A DNA stretch of 64,000 nt from Candidatus Delongbacteria bacterium (lineage in GTDB: Bacteria; CAIWAD01), in NCBI GenBank assembly GCA_963663545.1, contig OY760505.1, positions 2,624,001 to 2,688,000 of the forward strand. Reading direction: 5' to 3'. The translations under genes were made by a program, and so were the position numbers. The notes beneath the pieces are model-generated. The model was not told where the DNA came from. It saw only the letters and a list, made by a program, of their open reading frames with translations, and ran no database searches. Positions 46,539 to 57,944 of this stretch are shown here, piece by piece. Each line of letters opens with the position of its first letter. Position 1 is the stretch's first letter.

Positions 46539-47945
46539 ATGAAGAATTCTCTTGTTGTCATCGGGGCCAACGCAGCAGGCTTAGCGGCTGCGCTGCAGGC
46601 CCGGCGCCTGGCGCCTGAGTTGGAGATTACGGTTTTGGAGTCCACAGGCGACATCTCCTGGGGTGCCTGCGGAATTCCATTTGTCATTGGCGATCCCGAG
46701 GCTGGCCTTGAACGACTAGGTGTGAAGGGCGTTGAGGAATTCCGTCAGCGTGGGATTCAGATTGCGTTGTGGCACAAGGTCGAGGAGCTGGATCTGGACG
46801 CATCCGTGATACGTGGCGATGTTGCAGGTGGCAGCCGTCGGGAGTTTGAAATCCCCTTTGACAGCCTGATTGTAGCTACAGGAGCAGGAGCGCGCCTGCC
46901 AGTGATTCCCGGCCTACCAGCTGACAGAATGTATCCACTACGAGCATTGGATGATGTGCGACGTGCGGAGCGTGATCTTGCTGGCGCCAAACGTGTTACG
47001 GTACTGGGCGGCGGTGCGATTGGCCTGGAGATGGCTGATGCACTGCTACGCTTGGGCAAGCAGGTGCAACTGGTAGAGCTTGCAGAGTTACCGCTGGTCG
47101 GCTTTCCACGCGTGATACGCGAACGTGTCGCCGATCGACTGCGACAGCGCGGCGTTGAGTTGCATACGGGAACAGGCATCCGGGGTGCTGAGACATCCAG
47201 CGGTGGCTTACAATTGCATCTTGAGACAACAACGCTGGAGAGTGATCTGTTACTCGTATCGGCCGGAGTATCACCGCGAACGGAATTTGCACAGAAGGCC
47301 GGGTTGCGCTGTAGTACAAACGGTGCGCTGATCGTGGATCACACCATGAAGACCAGCCACAGCAAGGTTTGGGCTGCAGGAGACTGCGCCATCCGCCCTG
47401 GTCTTGATGGTCAATTGCGGTACAATCCTCAGGCACTTGAGGCCAGGCGCGGAGGACGTGTCGCGGGTGAGAATGCAGCACGTCCGCACAAGAATCCAAG
47501 TCTTCTGCCGCCTTCGCCGGGGACCCTGATTCTTGAGTGCTGTGGGTTGGAATTGGCCCGTTGCGGAATTCTTGGCGATGATGCTTTGCCTGCAATGCCT
47601 GTATCACGGGGAAGTGGTTTGCTGGGGCAAAAACTTGAAGAACCCGGTAGCCGTACTACAAACGGAGTGCGACGAGCATTTGTCAAGTCCGTCACACAAG
47701 CGGGTAGCATGGGCAGAAGCGGTGATCTGCTGGTGAGTCTGGAAGCGGATTCCAACATGAAACTGCGTGGAGGCGCTCTGCTGGCAGAGGGACGCGGAGC
47801 TTTGCGCATCAATGTCATTGCTGCCCTGCTGCAGATGGGGGCTTCGGCAGTGGATCTGGCGGCGCTGGATTTGGCCTATTCTCCGCCGTTCGGACCTGTG
47901 CGTGATCCACTGATTAGTGCCGCAATTCAACTGATGAAGGAATAG
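46539..47945 (+). CDS. CoA-disulfide reductase/NADH oxidase family flavoprotein
   Basis: VIGANAAG, SWGACGIP, ATGA, GGGAIGLE, WAAGDC, LDLAYSPPF; real start 46539, not 45726. Confidence 0.85.
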   Translation: MKNSLVVIGANAAGLAAALQARRLAPELEITVLESTGDISWGACGIPFVIGDPEAGLERLGVKGVEEFRQRGIQIALWHKVEELDLDASVIRGDVAGGSRREFEIPFDSLIVATGAGARLPVIPGLPADRMYPLRALDDVRRAERDLAGAKRVTVLGGGAIGLEMADALLRLGKQVQLVELAELPLVGFPRVIRERVADRLRQRGVELHTGTGIRGAETSSGGLQLHLETTTLESDLLLVSAGVSPRTEFAQKAGLRCSTNGALIVDHTMKTSHSKVWAAGDCAIRPGLDGQLRYNPQALEARRGGRVAGENAARPHKNPSLLPPSPGTLILECCGLELARCGILGDDALPAMPVSRGSGLLGQKLEEPGSRTTNGVRRAFVKSVTQAGSMGRSGDLLVSLEADSNMKLRGGALLAEGRGALRINVIAALLQMGASAVDLAALDLAYSPPFGPVRDPLISAAIQLMKE

Positions 47946-47948
47946 CAG

Positions 47949-49571
47949 ATGTTTATCGACGACGTCCGCCACCTGGTGGAGAAGTACAACGACGCGATGC
48001 AGCACACCTATCTGGCAGAAACCACCGCCTACTGGGAGTCGGCCACTACGGGAAGTGCTGAGGCAGAAGAGCGACTGGTTCAAGCCAGCCTGGCAATGAA
48101 AGTCTTGCACAGCGATCCTGAGATGTTCAAACAGATTCAGGAAGCCATGTTGACCGATGTGGACGAGCCTGAAGTCAGTCGACAGCTACTATTGATGTAT
48201 CTGGCCTTCGCTGGCAATCAGGGTTCGCGCGAGCAATTGGAGCGCATTAGCACGCTTGAGGCGCGCCTGGAAGGGATCTTCAACAACTTTCGAGGACGTA
48301 TCGGCAACAGGGGTTGCACGGAGAACGAGCTACGGGACATCCTGCGTGATTCCAGACTGAGCGAAGAGCGCAAGCTGGCTTGGGAAGCAAGCAAGCAGAT
48401 TGGTGCGCAGGTGGCAGGGCCATTAATGGAGCTGGTTCGCGAGCGCAATCGGCTGGCAGCAGAGCTTGGCTTTGACAACTTCTACGCTATGCGCCTTGTG
48501 TTACAGGAACAGGACGCTGACGCCCTGGACCGCCTGATGCAACAGTTGGCGGAGTTAACCAACGCTCCTTTCACAAGTGAACTCGCTCTGATTCGTCAGG
48601 AGTGTGTCACGCGCTTTGGAATCACCGATCAGGCTTTCGCTGCCTGGCATCTTGCAGATCCTTTCTTCCAGGAAGCACCACAACCGGCTGGACTGGATCT
48701 CGACCAGCATTTCAAGAACCGCGATCTACAGACCATGTGCGCAGACTTCTTCGACACGCTGGGACTGGATGTAGCACCAATTCTGGCGGCTAGCGATTTG
48801 TACCCGCGTGATGGAAAGTGCCAACATGCCTTTTGCATTCACATGGATCTGGATGGCGATGTACGCGTGCTCTGCAATCTTGCCGGGGATGAGTACTGGA
48901 CCAGCACGCTGCTCCACGAATTGGGACACGCGACATACGACAAATACACAGACATGAGCCAGCCCTATTTGCTGCGAGGCCCTGCGCATATTTTCGTGAC
49001 GGAGGCCGTGGCGATGCTCATGGGGCGTCTCACGCACAACCCCGAGTGGCTGATCGGGTATGCAGGTGCGCAAGAGTCTGTCGTGCATGAGCAGCAGGAT
49101 CTGGTAACGGCTGTCTTACGGCGCAAAATGGTGCTTTTTGCTCGTTGGGTGCTAGTGATGTATCACTTCGAAAAGGGGCTGTACGAGAACCCGGAGCAGA
49201 ATCTCGGCGAGTTCTGGTGGTCGCTTGTGACACAGTATCAGGGGATTCAGCCACCGGAAGGCCGTGATACGTCGACGGATTGGGCCTGCAAGATTCATCT
49301 GGCTACGGCCCCCGTGTATTACCACAACTACCTGTTGGGCGAGCTGATGGCCAGTCAGATGCATGCTGCGTTGCAGGAGCAGGTAGGACCGCGCGCCCTT
49401 TTGGAGGGGCCACGAGCTGGAGGTTGGCTGGCCGACGAGATTTTCCAGCCAGCCAATACGATGTGTTGGGATGAACTGGTGGAGCAAGCCACGGGGCGCC
49501 CCTTGTCGCCAGCCGATTTCGTGCGTCAGTTTCTAAGCAGCGAGGCGCCGGGGGAAGAGCTGACGGAGTAA
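47949..49571 (+). CDS. M2/M3-family zinc metallopeptidase
   Basis: DLYPRDGK..HAFC, LHELGH, TEAVA, H....PVYYHNY. Confidence 0.85.
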   Translation: MFIDDVRHLVEKYNDAMQHTYLAETTAYWESATTGSAEAEERLVQASLAMKVLHSDPEMFKQIQEAMLTDVDEPEVSRQLLLMYLAFAGNQGSREQLERISTLEARLEGIFNNFRGRIGNRGCTENELRDILRDSRLSEERKLAWEASKQIGAQVAGPLMELVRERNRLAAELGFDNFYAMRLVLQEQDADALDRLMQQLAELTNAPFTSELALIRQECVTRFGITDQAFAAWHLADPFFQEAPQPAGLDLDQHFKNRDLQTMCADFFDTLGLDVAPILAASDLYPRDGKCQHAFCIHMDLDGDVRVLCNLAGDEYWTSTLLHELGHATYDKYTDMSQPYLLRGPAHIFVTEAVAMLMGRLTHNPEWLIGYAGAQESVVHEQQDLVTAVLRRKMVLFARWVLVMYHFEKGLYENPEQNLGEFWWSLVTQYQGIQPPEGRDTSTDWACKIHLATAPVYYHNYLLGELMASQMHAALQEQVGPRALLEGPRAGGWLADEIFQPANTMCWDELVEQATGRPLSPADFVRQFLSSEAPGEELTE

Positions 49572-49577
49572 TCGAAC

Positions 49578-49676
49578 TGGCCCAAGACTTGCCATCAACG
49601 GGGGTATCGCTGCGTTTTAGCGCAGAAGATGCCCCCGTCCTGTCAAGGTGACGGGACAGGCCTGACAGGTTGTCAG
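49578..49676 (+). promoter_or_regulatory. clpB upstream region: sigma54-like promoter and palindromes
   Basis: TGGCCCAAGACTTGC (GG-N10-GC, 49578-49592); CTGACA-GGT-TGTCAG (49662-49676). Confidence 0.5.
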
Positions 49677-49699
49677 CCGTATAGTGTCCGGAGGAAGAA

Positions 49700-52345
49700 A
49701 TGCTCTCGCTCGATCGTCTCACACGCCGTATGCAGGATGCCCTGCAGCAGTCGGTTTTCCTGGCCACGGGTCGAGGTCACCAGCAGGTAGAGGCCGAGCA
49801 TCTGTTGTTTACGCTGCTCGATGATCCAGCCAGTGTGCTGGCCACACTGTTGAAGAAACTGGGTGCAGATAGCACGGAAGTCCGCAAAGGACTGGACAGC
49901 CTTCTCGCACGCTTGCCGCAGGTGGAGGGTGCGGGGCAGACCTATTTTTCCCGCAACATGAACAAGTGCCTAGGCCAGGCGAAAACCATTGCAGATCGAT
50001 TTGGCGACGAATTCGTGGCGGCGGAACACGTCCTACTGGCCTTGCTCGAGGAAGTCAAGGCAACGACAAAACCCACTGCTGAAAAAGCGCGCAGTGGAGC
50101 TGAGCTTCTTGTAGCACACGGACTAAGTGCTGCTGTGCTGATGGAGCTGCTCAAGGAGATTCGCGGCAATCAGCGTATCACCGACCAGAATCCGGAGGAC
50201 AAATACCGCGCACTCGATCGGTATGCGCGGGATCTGGTGGAGATGGCGGAGCAGGGCAAGCTTGATCCCATCATCGGTCGCGATGAAGAGATTCGCCGTG
50301 TGTTACAAGTTCTTTCCCGCAGAACGAAGAACAATCCGGTTCTGATAGGTGAGCCGGGCGTTGGCAAGACGGCGATTGTTGAAGGCATCGCGTTGCGCAT
50401 CAAGGATGGCGACGTTCCCGACAGCATGCGTGAGAAGCGCATCGTCGCTCTGGATATGGGAGCTTTGATCGCTGGAGCCAAGTATCGGGGCGAGTTTGAA
50501 GACCGTTTGAAGGCTGTGCTGAAAGAGGTTGAAAAGGCTGCCGGTGGCATTATTCTCTTCATTGATGAGCTACACACTGTGGTCGGCGCAGGCAATGCGG
50601 AGGGCAGCGTTGATGCGGCCAATTTGCTGAAGCCCATGCTGGCACGTGGAGAATTGCGTTGCGTTGGTGCCACAACAACCGCTGAGTATCACAAGTACAT
50701 CGAGCGTGATCCGGCGCTGGAACGACGCTTTCAGCCGGTAATGGTCAGTGAACCGGATGTGGAGAGCACCATCAGCATTCTGCGCGGATTGAAAGAACGC
50801 TATGAGTTGCATCACGGCATTCGCATCAAGGATAGCGCGCTGGTAGCCGCTGCCGAACTGTCGGCGCGCTACATCGGCGACCGTTTTCTACCCGATAAGG
50901 CCATTGATCTCGTGGATGAGGCAGCCAGCAAATTGCGCATCGAGATCGACAGCATGCCCGAAGCTCTGGACGAGTACGAGCGGCGCATACGTCAGCTCGA
51001 AGTTGAAGTGCGTGCTCTTCGATTGGAGGATGACGAGAACAGTCGCGAGCGTCTTCACGAAGCAGAACAGGATCTCGAACGGCAGAAAGAGGCGAGTCGA
51101 GGACTGCATGAACAATGGCGTCGAGAGAAGGAGCTGATCCTTGAGCTTCGTGATACAAAGGAGCGTCTGGAGCACAAAAAGGCCGAATTGGAAGAAGCCG
51201 AGCGCCAGAGCGATTATGATCGCGCAGCGCGCATCAAACACGGAGAATTGACACAGTTGAATACGGAGCTTCACCGGCGCGAACAGGAGCTTCGTGAGGC
51301 ACGCGCCGAGCACGGATTACTCAAAGAGGAAGTTGATGCCGAGGATATTGCCGAAATCGTATCACGGTGGACGCAGGTTCCTGTAACACGACTGGTCGAG
51401 TCCGAGCGCGAGAAACTGCGTGATCTGGAGCAGCGTCTGCGCACACGAGTCGTGGGTCAGGATCACGCTCTGGAAGCTGTCGCAGCAGCCATCCGTCGTA
51501 GTCGCAGCGGTCTTGCCGAACCCGGACACCCGCTTGGCAGCTTCATCTTCATCGGGTCAACAGGCGTAGGTAAGACGGAGCTTGCCAAAGCCCTGGCGGA
51601 AACGCTGTTTGATGATGCGCGCGCACTCCTTCGTCTTGACATGAGCGAATACATGGAGAAACACTCTGTATCACGGCTCATTGGTGCGCCTCCCGGGTAC
51701 ATCGGGCACGAAGAGGGCGGACAACTTACGGACGCCTTGCGCAACCAACCCTACGCTGTTGTACTGCTTGACGAGATCGAAAAGGCCCATCCGGATGTTC
51801 TCAACCTGCTGTTGCAAGTGCTTGATGACGGGCGGTTGACCGATAGCAAGGGGCGAACGGTTGATGCCTCACACGCGGTCTTCATCATGACCAGCAATCT
51901 GGGCAGCGAGAGAATCGCCGCCCGTTTCCGCGGCAGCGAGGATCATGTCGATGACTTGCTGGCTCTAGAAATGGAACAGGAGGTTCTGGAGCTGCTGCGT
52001 GATACACTGCGACCTGAGTTTCTGAACCGGGTCGATGAGATCCTTGTGTTCCGTCCTTTGGGACGCGAAAACCTGCGCAGCATTGTGCGCATTCAGCTTG
52101 ATCGTGCGCGGGCCCTTCTGGCCAGGCAGAAGCTCGAGCTGGAAGTGGACGCGGAAGCCCTGGATGCACTCGTGCGGCTGGGATACGATCCCGCCTGGGG
52201 TGCGCGTCCCTTGAAACGTCTGATTCGACACGAAGTGATCGACCAGGTCGCGACAGGGGTGATGGAGGGGCGTATTCTGCCTGGAGATCGTCTGCGACTC
52301 AAGGCAGATCAAGGTGATCATCTACAGCTGCTTGTTGTTGAGTGA
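49700..52345 (+). CDS. clpB: ATP-dependent chaperone ClpB
   Basis: Two AAA+ modules ([17 protein letters not shown]) with a coiled-coil middle domain. Confidence 0.96.
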   Translation: MLSLDRLTRRMQDALQQSVFLATGRGHQQVEAEHLLFTLLDDPASVLATLLKKLGADSTEVRKGLDSLLARLPQVEGAGQTYFSRNMNKCLGQAKTIADRFGDEFVAAEHVLLALLEEVKATTKPTAEKARSGAELLVAHGLSAAVLMELLKEIRGNQRITDQNPEDKYRALDRYARDLVEMAEQGKLDPIIGRDEEIRRVLQVLSRRTKNNPVLIGEPGVGKTAIVEGIALRIKDGDVPDSMREKRIVALDMGALIAGAKYRGEFEDRLKAVLKEVEKAAGGIILFIDELHTVVGAGNAEGSVDAANLLKPMLARGELRCVGATTTAEYHKYIERDPALERRFQPVMVSEPDVESTISILRGLKERYELHHGIRIKDSALVAAAELSARYIGDRFLPDKAIDLVDEAASKLRIEIDSMPEALDEYERRIRQLEVEVRALRLEDDENSRERLHEAEQDLERQKEASRGLHEQWRREKELILELRDTKERLEHKKAELEEAERQSDYDRAARIKHGELTQLNTELHRREQELREARAEHGLLKEEVDAEDIAEIVSRWTQVPVTRLVESEREKLRDLEQRLRTRVVGQDHALEAVAAAIRRSRSGLAEPGHPLGSFIFIGSTGVGKTELAKALAETLFDDARALLRLDMSEYMEKHSVSRLIGAPPGYIGHEEGGQLTDALRNQPYAVVLLDEIEKAHPDVLNLLLQVLDDGRLTDSKGRTVDASHAVFIMTSNLGSERIAARFRGSEDHVDDLLALEMEQEVLELLRDTLRPEFLNRVDEILVFRPLGRENLRSIVRIQLDRARALLARQKLELEVDAEALDALVRLGYDPAWGARPLKRLIRHEVIDQVATGVMEGRILPGDRLRLKADQGDHLQLLVVE

Positions 52346-52522
52346 TACATCAAGGGCGTACTGGAGTTGTGCTTTCGCAGGAGACGGTCGGAGAAAAAGT
52401 TAAAACGTGTCACATTCCGGTCGTTTCCTGGAGCCACGATGTGCATGGAGGCGAAACCTGTGAGTTGAAGCGGGTCTTGCAGCGCTCGTAACACTTGCTT
52501 CCAGAACTACTTTGGAGGAATC

Positions 52523-53860
52523 ATGACTCGCAGCCTGCTGCTTTCTTTGCTCTGTTTCATGTGTTGTGTACACGCATCACTCGCACAAGATCTCGCCGAA
52601 CGGCTGGATTCCTGGATCCAACCGCTGCTGGATCACGATCTCATCAGCGGAAGCGTGCTTGTAGCACGAGATGGGCACATCCTTGTGGCACGCGGCTATG
52701 GCGACGCTTGCCGGGAGTTCGCCGTTCCCAACGATACCAGTTGCTGCTATCGACTGGGTTCCATGACAAAGCCCTTCACCGCCCTTGCAGTGATGCAGTT
52801 GGTCGAGCGGGGCCAGCTGAAGTTGGACGATACTCTCGCCACCATCGTCCCCGATTTTCCTCACGCGACGCAGATCACCATTCGTCAGTTGTTGAGCCAT
52901 AGCTCCGGCGTGGTGAATTACAACCGCTTGCCTGAATATGAAGAGTATCACATTCGTCCCATGAGCCTGCAGGAAATGCTGGACTGGATCGGAGAGCAGG
53001 AGCTTGAGTTTCCACCCGGAAGTCGGTTTTCCTATTCCAATTCGGGTTATTTGCTGTTGAGCGCTGTGATCGAGCGTGTTACTGGGATGAGCTATGCCGA
53101 TGTGCTTCAGCAGAATGTGTTTGATCCTGCAGGAATGAACTCCAGCGGTGTTGATGAGGAAACCCGTCTTGTATCACGACGAGCAGTTGGCTACGGAAGT
53201 GATGGAAGCGTTTACCGGACGCCTTATCGCTACATGCCATCCACTTTGGGTGCCGGAGCTTTGTATGCCTCCCCCGCCGACCTGTTTCGCTGGGACAGTG
53301 CTTTGCGCGATGGCCGCTTGCTTTCCGCCTCCTGGCAGGACAGTGCCGCTGTTGAAGTGGTCGGTGGCTGCGGTCTCGGCTGGTTTGTCGGAGGCGAGGA
53401 AGGAAACCGTGTCGTATCACATCGCGGCGATATCAACGGTTTTCGATGTAGCGTGACACGTTGGCTTGATCAAGATCTGATTGTGATTGCACAGCTCAAC
53501 TACGAATCAACCTTTGCATTACCCTTCTTTCAAGGGCTCAACTCCCTCGTTCTCGGTGTGACACCGCCCCCGCTGCTGGTAGAGGACAACCCCGCACTTT
53601 CTCCTGACGATCAGCAGTCGCTTGCCGCCCGTTGGCAACTGGCTCCCGATCTCGTGCTACAAACCATCATTCAAGACGACAGACTCTATCTGCTTCAGCC
53701 GGATTGCGATGCCCATCTTGCCTGGCAGCAATCGCCCGGACAGTTCTTTGTGAAGCAGGATAATGCACTGATCCAGTTTGCTCGCAGCAGCGGAGAAGGA
53801 ATCGATCTTCTATTGCTGACACAAGGAGCTCATCGTATGCAGGCGCGGCGGCTCCCGTAA
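52523..53860 (+). CDS. Serine hydrolase, beta-lactamase-related
   Basis: Signal peptide; SMTK, LLSHSSG, YSN, HRG. Confidence 0.88.
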   Translation: MTRSLLLSLLCFMCCVHASLAQDLAERLDSWIQPLLDHDLISGSVLVARDGHILVARGYGDACREFAVPNDTSCCYRLGSMTKPFTALAVMQLVERGQLKLDDTLATIVPDFPHATQITIRQLLSHSSGVVNYNRLPEYEEYHIRPMSLQEMLDWIGEQELEFPPGSRFSYSNSGYLLLSAVIERVTGMSYADVLQQNVFDPAGMNSSGVDEETRLVSRRAVGYGSDGSVYRTPYRYMPSTLGAGALYASPADLFRWDSALRDGRLLSASWQDSAAVEVVGGCGLGWFVGGEEGNRVVSHRGDINGFRCSVTRWLDQDLIVIAQLNYESTFALPFFQGLNSLVLGVTPPPLLVEDNPALSPDDQQSLAARWQLAPDLVLQTIIQDDRLYLLQPDCDAHLAWQQSPGQFFVKQDNALIQFARSSGEGIDLLLLTQGAHRMQARRLP

Positions 53861-53929
53861 CGAGAAGCGTCTATTCGGTTACGATTCCGACGTTGCGGCC
53901 GGTTGCCCGCCGTTTACGAAGTTGTGCCA

Positions 53930-54700
53930 ATGATTGCCTGGTTTATCAGTGACCTGCACGCCGGAATTCACAATGATCCGGATGAAGCCTCTCGCCTGGA
54001 GGACTTTCGCACGCTGCTCACTCGCATTCGCAGTGAGGGCGGAGCGTTGTTTCTGTTGGGCGATGTTTTCGATTTCTGGTACGAGAAGGACGGCGCACCA
54101 CCGCCGCGTCACCTGCCGTGGCTGAGTGCACTTCGAGAATTGACAGAATCGGGAACTGAGGCCTATTGGCTGCCAGGCAACCATGATTTCCTTGGTGGTC
54201 GCGCTCTGTCCGAATTCCTCCAATTACAGCCCGGTGCAGAGTCCCTGCGTGTTGAGATGGGACAGCGGCAGTTTCTATTGCACCATGGAGACGGCTTGGA
54301 TCCACAGGAGCGTGGTTATCTGCTCCTGAAGCGTGTGTTACATAATCCGCTGTTGCAGGGTCTGTTTCGGCTGCTTCCGTTACAGGTCGGGATGTGGTTC
54401 GGCGACCGTATCAGTGATACAAACAGCGCTGATTGTGTTACATGGAGTCCGGAACAGCTGTCAACCTATCTGAGACGTGGCTTGCCGGGCATTCTTGCGT
54501 CTGACGATGAGTTCTTCATCATGGGACACGCGCATCGTCCTTGCCTCATGTCGCACGGTGATACACAAGTTGCTGTGTTGCCACCTTTCCTCGCCCAGGC
54601 ACGTGGCTACGGAACCTATGACGGGGAGCGTTTGGAATTACGTTGTCTACATCCGGAGTCCTGTCCGCAGGATTGGATTCCTTTCATCAGGAAAGGGTGA
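53930..54700 (+). CDS. UDP-2,3-diacylglucosamine diphosphatase-like metallophosphoesterase (LpxH-like)
   Basis: ISDLH, GDVFDFWYE, GNHD, HGDG, MGHAH. Confidence 0.8.
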   Translation: MIAWFISDLHAGIHNDPDEASRLEDFRTLLTRIRSEGGALFLLGDVFDFWYEKDGAPPPRHLPWLSALRELTESGTEAYWLPGNHDFLGGRALSEFLQLQPGAESLRVEMGQRQFLLHHGDGLDPQERGYLLLKRVLHNPLLQGLFRLLPLQVGMWFGDRISDTNSADCVTWSPEQLSTYLRRGLPGILASDDEFFIMGHAHRPCLMSHGDTQVAVLPPFLAQARGYGTYDGERLELRCLHPESCPQDWIPFIRKG

Positions 54701-54703
54701 ATC

Positions 54704-55477
54704 ATGCAAGAGCACAAAGATGCGCTGGTCAAGATCTGGCAGGAAGAAGGTGTGGATGGCATTGAAGCCTATATCACCAAGCAGGAACTTGGCGAGCGCG
54801 TCAAACTCGATCAAGGCGCGTGGCAACTGCTTTCCAACGAAGCAGAGATTAGTCTGGATGAACTCGCTTATCTGGGACAGATGGGAATCGCCGACCTGGC
54901 TACCCTGCGGGAAGAATACCAGAATGAGCGCGCCGAGAAGCTGCTTGAGATGATCAACGTTTGTTCCTTCAATCTTGGCGCAGAGATGGCCGACTGCTGG
55001 CCTGGTGATACACGCGAGCGCGACGAAGAGCACTTTTCGCTGGGGCTGGGATTGGCCTTGGATTGCTTGCGCATGCGTGTCAGCCTGAACAAAGGCGCTG
55101 AACCCTTTGCTTTGGCCTGGTGGTTGCGCGGTTACTTTGAAGCGCGTCTGGGTATGATGGATATGGCCGGCGTGAGTCTGGAGCAGGCTTTTCTGGCCGC
55201 ACTGACCATGGACGGCGGTGAGCGGAAGCTGCGTGCTCTGCGCGAGGACGATAGTTTCATGGTCCTGATCAACGCTGGATATCTTGGCCTGGTGGACCGC
55301 TTGATGGGTGCTCCGCGTGGCGAAGCGCTTTATGAAGATGTGATACGTATCTTCAGGGCCCAGGTAGCCGCTGGCGGTGAGACGGCCCAGGATGCCGAGT
55401 TCGGCATTCAGCAGCTTGAGATTGCCGCCGAGCGTTTTGCCGAGGAGTGGGAAGAGTTTGACGACGAAGAGGAGTAG
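54704..55477 (+). CDS. Hypothetical acidic helical protein
   Basis: ORF in operon position; NL.A..ADCWPGD motif; function unknown. Confidence 0.65.
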   Translation: MQEHKDALVKIWQEEGVDGIEAYITKQELGERVKLDQGAWQLLSNEAEISLDELAYLGQMGIADLATLREEYQNERAEKLLEMINVCSFNLGAEMADCWPGDTRERDEEHFSLGLGLALDCLRMRVSLNKGAEPFALAWWLRGYFEARLGMMDMAGVSLEQAFLAALTMDGGERKLRALREDDSFMVLINAGYLGLVDRLMGAPRGEALYEDVIRIFRAQVAAGGETAQDAEFGIQQLEIAAERFAEEWEEFDDEEE

Positions 55478-55519
55478 TGGCGGCACTATCCGTTCTTCGC
55501 TGTGATACAGGGGGTCGTG

Positions 55520-57643
55520 ATGAAAGCCATTGACTGGTTGCGCCGGCACCCAGGCGTGTTTGTGATGTTTTCCGTGATACTCTTTTGCATGAGTACGGGA
55601 TTGATTGCACTTGCCTGGCTGGCCAAGGGACTGCCTTCGCTGCAGGAGCTTGAGCGCTATCGACCGATGCTTTCTTCGCGCCTCTACTCGGCTGACGGTA
55701 ACGAACTGGGCGAGCTCTTTCAGCAGAAGCGCGTTCAGGTACCTCTTGAGCAGGTGCCAGCCTCATTGCTTGAGGCACTACTGGCCACCGAGGACCGGCG
55801 GTTTTACGAGCACTGGGGAATTGACGTACATCGCATTTTTGGCGCGCTGGTAGCCGATGTGTTACAGGGACGCTTTGCTCAGGGCGCTTCCACCGTGACA
55901 CAGCAATTGGCGCGCGATCTTTACCTCAGCAAAGAGAAGAGCATCGTTCGCAAGTTGCGCGAGATGCTGACAGCCATCCAGATTGAGCGCTCTTATGCCA
56001 AAGATGAAATACTCGAGATGTACCTCACGCAGGCATACTTCGGCCATGGCGCGTTTGGCATTCAGTTGGCGGCGCGACGCTATTTCGGCTGCGACGTTGA
56101 TTCGCTGACTTTGCCCCAATCGGCTTTATTGGTCGGTTTGTTGAAAGCACCGGGCAATTACACGCCTTTCTTCAAACCCGAGGCGGCGCGCAAACGGCGT
56201 AACACGGTGCTGGGCCTGATGCTTGGTAATGGCTTCATTAGTCGTGCTGAGTATGAAACTGCCGCAGCGAGTCCATTGGGTAACATCGAGTACAGCAACA
56301 ATGAGACTTCGTTTCTGGCGCCCTACTTCAGCGAGCACGTGCGTATCGAGCTGGAGGAGCTGCAAGAACGCCTGGGCATCGACATCTATCGCGATGGTCT
56401 CGAGATTACCACGACCTTGAACCTGCGGATGCAGGAACTAGCCGAGGCGGAAACGCTTCCACGAATGGCCGAGCTGGACAGTGTATCACGCGCATCCTTT
56501 ATTGCCAATGATTGGGAAGACTGGCACACCATGACAGATAGCACGCTGACTCCAGCGCGTATTGCCGAGCTGAAGCAGGATAGTGCCTATGTCGAGACGC
56601 TGCTTTCCGAGCGCATTCACGTGCAGCCAGCGCTGGTGGCCGTAGAACCCGGATCAGGAGCGATTCGGGCCATGATCGGCGGTCGGGATTTTGACGAGAG
56701 CAAATACAACCGCGCTGTGCAGGCGCGTCGCCAGCCTGGGTCAGCCTTTAAACCCTTCTTGTATGTGGCCGCCATTGACAACGGCTATCCACCCTGCTAT
56801 CAGGTGTTGAATCAGGATGTCGTGGTGGAAGAGGCCGATGGTCGTCGCTGGACTCCACAGAATTACGATGACAGCCGTGGAGGAATGACAACACTGCGTG
56901 AGGGCTTGCGCAAGAGCTACAATCTGGTCTCCGTGCGCCTGCTTATGGACATCGTGCCACCGGAGTTGGTCGCCGGTTACGCCCATCAAATGGGCATTAC
57001 GACGCCAATTGAGACGGATTACACCATGGCGCTTGGTTCGAGTGGTGTGTATCCGCTGGAGTTGACCAGTGCTTACGCCTGCCTGGCCAACGGTGGTATC
57101 TACTATCAACCCTATTCGATTCAAGAAATCCGTGACCGCAAGGGACATTTGCTCTACCGGCATCAGCCGCATTCACGCGAAGTGCTGGGAGCGGGTACGG
57201 CGTATATCATGACGAACATGCTGCAGACGGTGATCGATCGCGGCACGGGCGGCAGTGCGCGTTGGCGCTATCATTTCTACGCGCCAGCTGCGGGAAAGAC
57301 GGGCACGACAAACGGCTTCACCGATGCCTGGTTTGTGGGCTTTACACCGCGTCTGGCCTGTGCCGTGTGGGTGGGCAACGACAATCCGCTTTACAGCCTG
57401 GGCGAGTGGCAATCCGGTGGTAAAGCAGCTCTGCCGATCTGGGCCAGCTTCATGCACGATGTGTACGAAGAATTGGGCCTTCCCCACGATGCCTTTGTGC
57501 GTCCGGATGATGTTGTCGAGGTGGAGGTGTGTAGCGAGACCTACGAACCTGCGGGTCCGCTGTGCCCGACTCGCGAGAAGGAGATCTTCCTGCGCAGTTA
57601 CCGTCCCACGGGCACGTGCCATCTGCATCGTTTTGACTTCTAG
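55520..57643 (+). CDS. Class A penicillin-binding protein (PBP1A family)
   Basis: EDRRFYEHWG, GASTVTQQ, RKLRE (transglycosylase); SAFK, SYN, KTG (transpeptidase). Confidence 0.95.
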   Translation: MKAIDWLRRHPGVFVMFSVILFCMSTGLIALAWLAKGLPSLQELERYRPMLSSRLYSADGNELGELFQQKRVQVPLEQVPASLLEALLATEDRRFYEHWGIDVHRIFGALVADVLQGRFAQGASTVTQQLARDLYLSKEKSIVRKLREMLTAIQIERSYAKDEILEMYLTQAYFGHGAFGIQLAARRYFGCDVDSLTLPQSALLVGLLKAPGNYTPFFKPEAARKRRNTVLGLMLGNGFISRAEYETAAASPLGNIEYSNNETSFLAPYFSEHVRIELEELQERLGIDIYRDGLEITTTLNLRMQELAEAETLPRMAELDSVSRASFIANDWEDWHTMTDSTLTPARIAELKQDSAYVETLLSERIHVQPALVAVEPGSGAIRAMIGGRDFDESKYNRAVQARRQPGSAFKPFLYVAAIDNGYPPCYQVLNQDVVVEEADGRRWTPQNYDDSRGGMTTLREGLRKSYNLVSVRLLMDIVPPELVAGYAHQMGITTPIETDYTMALGSSGVYPLELTSAYACLANGGIYYQPYSIQEIRDRKGHLLYRHQPHSREVLGAGTAYIMTNMLQTVIDRGTGGSARWRYHFYAPAAGKTGTTNGFTDAWFVGFTPRLACAVWVGNDNPLYSLGEWQSGGKAALPIWASFMHDVYEELGLPHDAFVRPDDVVEVEVCSETYEPAGPLCPTREKEIFLRSYRPTGTCHLHRFDF

Positions 57644-57944
57644 AGGATTTCCGGACCAGGGAACCCAACGCCACTCACCGAGCGCTTTTCCGGCCATGTC
57701 GTGAGATCTGCGGCCGGCGCTCGAGCTGCTCATCACTATGTGAGCACCGGCCGCTTCCCTCTGCGATCACGTCCCCCCGGTTGATATGTTGTTGGCGTAT
57801 CGGGCGATAGGTGTATTGCGATTATTGTGCCTGAATTGGTCAGCTTTGCGAACAAGCCTTTGAACCCGAAGAAGCGACAGAGAAGTCATTTTTGAGACGG
57901 ATGTGACACGGCGGGTCAGCGATGACATGCGAACCGGGATATCG

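Noticed and set aside
57720..57790. SAM-I riboswitch on the minus strand
   Set aside because: No GCAACC core and no downstream gene on that strand.
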